Assembly: GCA_963663275.1 (NCBI GenBank)
Contig: OY760183.1
Location: 64,001 to 128,000 of the forward strand
Length of the DNA stretch: 64,000 bases
Reading direction: 5' to 3'
Source: Chloroflexota bacterium
Lineage (GTDB): Bacteria; Chloroflexota; UBA11872; VXOZ01
Shown: one piece after another, positions 58,677-64,000 of the stretch
Position numbering within the stretch: position 1 is the stretch's first letter
How the letters are laid out: each line of letters opens with the position of its first letter
The notes under the pieces: generated by a model
What the model saw: only the letters and a program-made list of their open reading frames with translations
What the model was told of the DNA's origin: nothing
Database searches by the model: none
Program-made: the position numbers and the translations under genes

Positions 58677-58933
58677 GTAGGGGCGGTTCGGGGGGAGCAG
58701 AGGCTATTCCCGGCGCGTAGGGGCGGTTCGCGAACCGCCCCCGCAGGGGCCGCTCCCCCACACCCGTTGCGCGGGGCGTAGAGGCGGTTCGCGAGCCATA
58801 GGGAATGTTCGCGAACGCAGGCCGCAGGGGCGGTTCGCGAACCATAGGGAGTGATCGCGAACCCAAGCCATAGGGGCGGTTCGCGAACCGCCCCTACTCC
58901 CACACACCCGTAGCGCGGGGGCTTGTCCCCTGC
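58677..58933. repeat. Cluster of GTAGGGGCGGTTCGCGAACCGCCCCTAC REP copies
   Basis: About five full or partial palindromes followed by a GTAGCGCGGGGGCTTGTCCCC copy. Confidence 0.85.
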
Positions 58934-59054
58934 CTCCGGTTTTTCGCCCGTGTCCCGGCGCGACGGCGGCCCGGCGCAGGTTGCAAACCTGCGCTACCGG
59001 ATGCGGGATGCAAGCCCGCGGCTGCCGGGTACCGGGACAATCGCGCCGGGGCGC

Positions 59055-60029
59055 TTAGTTCTCCTGCCGCCGTTCCCAGTTGAACTCGGTCTCGCTCATC
59101 GGCTTGTCCGGGTCCGGCTGCCAGATTTGCTCCTCGTGGAACTTGCCGAGCACTTTCGCCATCTCCCGCACGTGGATGGCCACCGTGCCGCAGCAGGCGC
59201 CGATGAAGTTCACGCCCATCGCCTTCGCCTTCAGCGCGTAATCCGCCATCTCGTAGCGGGTCATCTGCGTCGGCTCCAGCTTATCGGGAAAGGCCGGTGT
59301 GCCCGTGAACCACGGCGTTTCATCGCTGGTGCGGTGCGCCACCGGTTGCGCGGCGATGTAGGCGTCGGTAGCGTCGCGCATCTCGTGCAGCAGCGGGTAG
59401 CTGCGCTCCGGATCGCGCATGCAGTTCACGCCCACGATCTCCGCGCCGCCGTCGGCCAGCATCCGCGCGCAGTCGGCGGCGGTGTAGCCGTCGTCGGTCA
59501 CGACCTCACCCCGGAACGACATGGTAATCATGGCGGGCAGGCCCGACTTGGCCTTGACGCGCTCCAGGCAGAGCAGCGCCTCGCCCAGGTGCCAGAACGT
59601 CTCGCCAATGAAGAAGTCCACGCCCTCCTGCGCCTCGATCTGCTCGTCGAAGATGCCGGCAATCTCGGCGTTGCCGGAGGGGTTGTCCGCGTCCCACTTC
59701 CAGGTCGCGCTCAGGTCGCCGGCCACCAGGGCCCGGTCGCCGGCCACGTCTTTGGCGATCTGGGTGGTCTTCTGGTTGATTTCGAACGTGCGGTCGGCCT
59801 GGCCGACGGTTTCCAGCTTGCTGCGGCTGCCGTAGAACGCCATCACCTGCAGCACTTCCGAGCCGGAGCGGAGAAACTCGCGGTGCAACTCGCGAATGGC
59901 GTCGGGGTATTCCAGCGCCAGTTCCGGCGTAAACGCGCCGGCAATCACGTAGCCGCGTTTCTCCAGTTCGACGATATAGCCGCCGTCACCCAGCACGACG
60001 TCTTTCTCCAACATCTGCAAGATGCCCAT
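59055..60029 (-). CDS. Homocysteine S-methyltransferase family, betaine-homocysteine methyltransferase-like
   Basis: DGGY..ELEKRGYV.AG.FTPE, GVNC, IGACCG Zn ligands, FP..LEP. Confidence 0.85.
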   Translation of the reverse strand: MGILQMLEKDVVLGDGGYIVELEKRGYVIAGAFTPELALEYPDAIRELHREFLRSGSEVLQVMAFYGSRSKLETVGQADRTFEINQKTTQIAKDVAGDRALVAGDLSATWKWDADNPSGNAEIAGIFDEQIEAQEGVDFFIGETFWHLGEALLCLERVKAKSGLPAMITMSFRGEVVTDDGYTAADCARMLADGGAEIVGVNCMRDPERSYPLLHEMRDATDAYIAAQPVAHRTSDETPWFTGTPAFPDKLEPTQMTRYEMADYALKAKAMGVNFIGACCGTVAIHVREMAKVLGKFHEEQIWQPDPDKPMSETEFNWERRQEN

Positions 60030-60202
60030 TTTTGGAGGCTCTCCCTTCTAGGTCAATCTACACTCACGCCAAGCAACGAGTTTCGCCGCCGTGCCGCGCC
60101 GCGAACGACGCGAGGCGAGGCGCAATTATAGCCTTCTTTGCATGTAGCTCCTTTCAACCATCCCCTAGAAGAGAGAATCACCAACCACGCCGGGCGCGCA
60201 AC

Positions 60203-61477
60203 CTACGCCACCCGCGCCGGCTCCAGCAACGCGCGCGGTACCGCCTGCATGACCTTGCGCAGGCCCGCGGCCACGTCGTGCGCGTCTCGCTCGGTCCAGT
60301 CCATGCTCACGTGGTACTCGCAGACGCGCGGCAGCAACGCCTCGGCGGCGGGACAGAGGCCCGGCCCGTAGTCCGCCGCGCCGGCGTAGAATCGCGGATC
60401 CCACGGCGACGGGCCGTCGTGCCACGTGCGCTTGCGCAGGATAGCCTCGTGCATGTACACCGGCTGGCCGTTGTAAGGGTGCTTGATGGGCACACCCTCC
60501 GCCGCCAGCGCCTCTTGTGCCCACACGCGGATTTGCGGCGTGTCGAAGATGAGCGCCGGACTGACACCGGCGTCCCCGGCCGCGTCGGCCAGGGGCCGCG
60601 CGCGCACGCCGGGCAGGCCGCGCACGCTCTCCTTAATGATACCGCCTACGCGGCGCGCGTGCGCGCGCAAACGGTCGAGTTTTTTCACTTGTTCCAGCAG
60701 CACCGCCGCCGTGAGTTCGCTCATGCGGTAGTTCTCGCCAAAGAACGGCGGCATTTCCGCGCCCTCGCTGCGGCGGGGAGTGCCCTGGTCCTGGCAAGCG
60801 ACGGCGCGTTGATGCAGCGCGGGGTCGTTGGTTACCACCATGCCGCCCTCACCGGCGGAAATCACCTTGTTCATCTGAAAACTGAAGATGTTTATGTCGC
60901 CTGACCCGCCGACGAGACGGCCATGATACTCCGCCCCAAACGACTGGGCGCAATCCTCCAGAATGGGCACACCGTGACGCCGGCCTACGTCCAGCAGCGG
61001 CTGGAGGTCGGCGGCCGCGCCGCGCCAGTGCACCACCATCACCGCCCGGGTGCGCTCGGTAATCACGCGCTCCACCGCGTCCGCGTCGATGCTGACGGAC
61101 TCGTCCAGATCGGCGAAGATCGGCACGGCCTGGCAGGCGACCACGGCGTTCACGCAGCCGTAGAAGGTCGCCGCCGGCACGATCACCTCGTCGCCGGGCC
61201 CCACGCCGAGCGCGCGCAGCGCCACGATGAGCGCCGCCGTGCCCGAGGTCACCCCCACGGCGTGCTGCACGCCGACGAGCGCGGCCACGGTCCGCTCAAG
61301 TTCGTTTACGGTGTAGGCCGGATCCGGGCCGTAGTAGCGAAAGGGCGAACGCCGCGCCAAGACCGCGCTCACCGCGCGCTGCTCTTCTTCGCCAATGATG
61401 GTGGCGCCCGGATACGGCCCGGGCAGCGGCGCGGCGCGTACCGGCGCGCCGCCGTCAATCGCAAGCTGTCCGCTCAT
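60203..61477 (-). CDS. DegT/DnrJ/EryC1/StrS family aminotransferase
   Basis: SGTAAL, GPGDEVIVP, EDCAQS.G, FSF..NK...GEGG. Confidence 0.9.
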   Translation of the reverse strand: MSGQLAIDGGAPVRAAPLPGPYPGATIIGEEEQRAVSAVLARRSPFRYYGPDPAYTVNELERTVAALVGVQHAVGVTSGTAALIVALRALGVGPGDEVIVPAATFYGCVNAVVACQAVPIFADLDESVSIDADAVERVITERTRAVMVVHWRGAAADLQPLLDVGRRHGVPILEDCAQSFGAEYHGRLVGGSGDINIFSFQMNKVISAGEGGMVVTNDPALHQRAVACQDQGTPRRSEGAEMPPFFGENYRMSELTAAVLLEQVKKLDRLRAHARRVGGIIKESVRGLPGVRARPLADAAGDAGVSPALIFDTPQIRVWAQEALAAEGVPIKHPYNGQPVYMHEAILRKRTWHDGPSPWDPRFYAGAADYGPGLCPAAEALLPRVCEYHVSMDWTERDAHDVAAGLRKVMQAVPRALLEPARVA

Positions 61478-61838
61478 CGTTCACTCTTCCTTATGCGACC
61501 TCAGCAAGACTCATACAAACTCCCGCATCATGCAAGAAACCTCCCTCTCCCTGGGGAGAGGGAACCGCATACGACCAGTACGGCTCTCTGCCCCTTCTCC
61601 CTGGGGAGAGGGAACCGCATACGACCAGTACGGCTCTCTGCCCCCTCTCCCTGGGGAGAGGGCCGGGGTGAGGGGGACGACCGTCAATCCACCGCTATTC
61701 CTTCCCCCTCACCCTAACCCTCTCCCCCAGGAGAGGGAACTTGGCGCGCTCTTCCACGGCCTTGGCATAGTACATCGTAGCGCGGGGGCTTGTCCCCCGC
61801 CTCTTCGCGCGACCGGCGCGACACCACCACACGCCTGC

Positions 61839-63338
61839 CTAATTCCCTACCCAAATCGGACTCGACCACGCCGTCTGCCCGTTCTCCTGTGTCACGCGCA
61901 GGTAGTAGTAGTCCTCCGCCCGGTTCTCACTGGGAGCGTCCACGAAATCATAGGACGCGCAGGCCAGTTCATCCGGCACGAGCCGATGTATCAGAAACGA
62001 GTCCGACGGAAAGCCGGTGGTCAGGTCGGTGATGGCGTTCTGCGACGCCTCTTCCAGCGTGTAGGTTTCCGTGCGCCGCATCGGCTTTGTGAACGCCAGC
62101 GTCACCGTCGCCGACGGCGGGCCTTCCACGTCCAGCACCACCGAGTTCTGCGGGCAATCGTTGAGGCACTCGGAAAGCGAGGTATAGGTCTGAAACCTGC
62201 ACGTGGTAGCCGTTGATTCCACAATGCGGCTGCGGTTTTCCTCGTGGAACGGCCCCGGTTGGAAGCAGGGCATGGCCTGATGGATGCGCGCGCCGTCCAC
62301 GGAAACGGTCAGGTCCCACTCGGCGATGCGCGGCTTGCCAAAGGCCGACCACGGACCCCAGCCCACCTCGACGCGGCAGCGGTGCCGGCGCGACCACGCA
62401 TACCCCCCATCCGGCTCGCTATCAGCCGGAAAGTGCCGGTGGATGACGCGGTTGTTCTTGATAACCTCAACTCTGGCAATCTCGTCCCAGCCGCGCACGT
62501 TCACCGCGATGGCGCGCTCGCTGGCGGCGGGCAGCCGCGATCCCATTGGCTGGCCGTTGATACGAAAGTCCAGTTCGATCTTGTCGCCGGTGGCCGCGTA
62601 GCAGCGGCGGTTCCACAGCGCCTCCCAGATCGCCTCTCGCGTAAACTCCGGCACGAGCACCGCCACCTGGCCCTCGTTGTACGCGCCCGGATGGGCTTGG
62701 TGGTCGTCGGAAGAGCCGGTAAAGCCCACGTGGTGACCCAGGGCGAGGGCGTGCTGGATGGTATTGATGGTAACGCGCGGTCCCAGGCCGTGCCGCGTGT
62801 AGGCGAACGGACCGCGGTCCCGCTCCGCGCCGCCGTGCTCGGAAATTATCTCCACGATCGGCGAGACCGATTCATCCAGCCAGTCCCAGTTCGCGCCGCG
62901 AAAGCCGCGCATGTAGCCGGGATGGTGCGGCACCAGCAGCGCGCCGCTGCGCCGGGCGTGCTCCTGGATCTCCCGCACGTGGTTGGCGAACTGCAGCGGG
63001 CCGTCCTCTTTGTAGATGACGCAGTGGTCGCCAAACCCGGCCGAGTGCCACTCGTAGCCCAGGAACGCCTCGAATTGCCCCGGCGTCGTGGCCTCTTTGA
63101 TCAACTGCTTGGTCTTCGGCCAGACTTCCGCATGGCGGTCGAAGCCCTCCTGCCACTGTTCGTGCCGGTTATTGGGCATGGCCGGCATGTCGTGCCACTG
63201 GGCGTGGCCGGTGAAGGCGAAGAAATCCAGGTGGCTCTGCGCCATGTCGATAGCCCGTTCCAGCGTGCCTTTGGTGTAGTGGAACAGGCCCACGGTGTTG
63301 TGGTTGTGAATGTCGCCCCAGAGAACCTTGTAGTCCAT
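61839..63338 (-). CDS. DUF3604/PHP-like metallohydrolase
   Basis: WGDIHNH, GYEW, PHH, SSDDH, YAATG, YYYLRVTQ..G..AWSSPIWV. Confidence 0.8.
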   Translation of the reverse strand: MDYKVLWGDIHNHNTVGLFHYTKGTLERAIDMAQSHLDFFAFTGHAQWHDMPAMPNNRHEQWQEGFDRHAEVWPKTKQLIKEATTPGQFEAFLGYEWHSAGFGDHCVIYKEDGPLQFANHVREIQEHARRSGALLVPHHPGYMRGFRGANWDWLDESVSPIVEIISEHGGAERDRGPFAYTRHGLGPRVTINTIQHALALGHHVGFTGSSDDHQAHPGAYNEGQVAVLVPEFTREAIWEALWNRRCYAATGDKIELDFRINGQPMGSRLPAASERAIAVNVRGWDEIARVEVIKNNRVIHRHFPADSEPDGGYAWSRRHRCRVEVGWGPWSAFGKPRIAEWDLTVSVDGARIHQAMPCFQPGPFHEENRSRIVESTATTCRFQTYTSLSECLNDCPQNSVVLDVEGPPSATVTLAFTKPMRRTETYTLEEASQNAITDLTTGFPSDSFLIHRLVPDELACASYDFVDAPSENRAEDYYYLRVTQENGQTAWSSPIWVGN

Positions 63339-63348
63339 AGTCGGGTCT

Positions 63349-63840
63349 TTAACCTCTTTCGTTCAGTTTCATCATGTAGAGCACGCTGCGGTAGAGCGGC
63401 TGGAAGCCTTGCCGCTCGTACATGCGGCGGGCGGGTTCGTAGCAGTCGTCCAGCCCGGTAGTAACCTGGGCGAATTCCATGCCCGCCGCCTCTATCAACT
63501 CCAGCACCCGCGCGTGCAGCAGCCCGCCGATACCGCGGCCGCGATACGCCGGCAGCACCGCGTTGTTGCCCACCGTGCCGATGCGGGTCTCTTCATTGAC
63601 GTGAAACGTCGCGAAGCCAACCGGCTTGCCGTCCGCCTCGGCAATAACGACGTTAGCGACGTCAATCGCGCGCACGTCGTCGGCTTTCCACTCATCCCAG
63701 GTACGACCGCCGATGACGCCGTACCGCTCCTCGCGCCAGCGGTGCACGGTCACCTCGGCAAAGCCTTGCACGATGAGTTCGATGAGTTTCTCCCGATCCG
63801 CTTCGAGCGCGGGCCGGATGGTAACGTCTGTCGCGTTCAT
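63349..63840 (-). CDS. GNAT family N-acetyltransferase
   Basis: AV.PAYRGRGIG acetyl-CoA motif; PARRMYERQGF. Confidence 0.9.
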   Translation of the reverse strand: MNATDVTIRPALEADREKLIELIVQGFAEVTVHRWREERYGVIGGRTWDEWKADDVRAIDVANVVIAEADGKPVGFATFHVNEETRIGTVGNNAVLPAYRGRGIGGLLHARVLELIEAAGMEFAQVTTGLDDCYEPARRMYERQGFQPLYRSVLYMMKLNERG

Positions 63841-63854
63841 AGGTGTACCGCGCT

Positions 63855-64000
63855 TTACGCAATTCTCTTGAAGCACGTCACACTGCGGCTCAGCGGCTGA
63901 AACCCCTGCCGTTCGTACATGCGGCGGGCGGGCGTGTACGCCTCTTCCAGGCCGGTCGAGACCTGGGCAAACTCCATGCCCGCCTCTGCCATCAGGCCGA
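63855..64000 (-). CDS. GNAT acetyltransferase paralog, 3' end only (truncated by the window)
   Basis: Reads AGMEFAQVSTGLEEAYTPARRMYERQGFQPL, closely matching the adjacent GNAT. Confidence 0.8.
   Translation of the reverse strand, partial: GLMAEAGMEFAQVSTGLEEAYTPARRMYERQGFQPLSRSVTCFKRIA

Noticed and set aside
58627-58866. N-terminal extension of the 896-aa ORF
   Set aside because: Runs through a REP cluster; a good RBS precedes GTG 58626. The tgt extension 49364-49522 and the DUF3604 extension 32550-32672 were trimmed likewise.

Overview
GC-rich bacterial chromosomal segment. Gene content (Tat-exported solute-binding proteins, tandem PhyH dioxygenases, several Gfo/Idh/MocA oxidoreductases, DUF1640-like and PaREP1 proteins) suggests Chloroflexota, possibly host-associated; this is inference only. 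Housekeeping genes are pth, rsmA, hisA, hisH, ilvD, cysK, tgt, groL, comEA, a DUF721/DciA gene and tRNA-Gln(CTG). Catabolic genes include a dispersed betaine > dimethylglycine > sarcosine set. There is one intact IS481-family element. The most striking signal is intergenic: a dense, layered population of palindromic repeats. It comprises at least five GTAG-type REP subfamilies and three other hairpin families. Several are packaged in non-autonomous MITE-like elements with their own terminal inverted repeats and target duplications, and one MITE type is nested at the same site in two copies of another while an empty copy is also present. These repeats have invaded coding sequence (pth 3' end, a DUF3604 gene), are hit by IS481, and bound local tandem duplications and a 3-kb insertion flanked by a decayed gene-end copy. 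Other notable items: two secreted proteins sharing an uncharacterised N-terminal module, and a leader-peptide/terminator attenuator upstream of a methyltransferase. No CRISPR array, rRNA or prophage was seen. All family assignments come from motif recognition, not from database searches.
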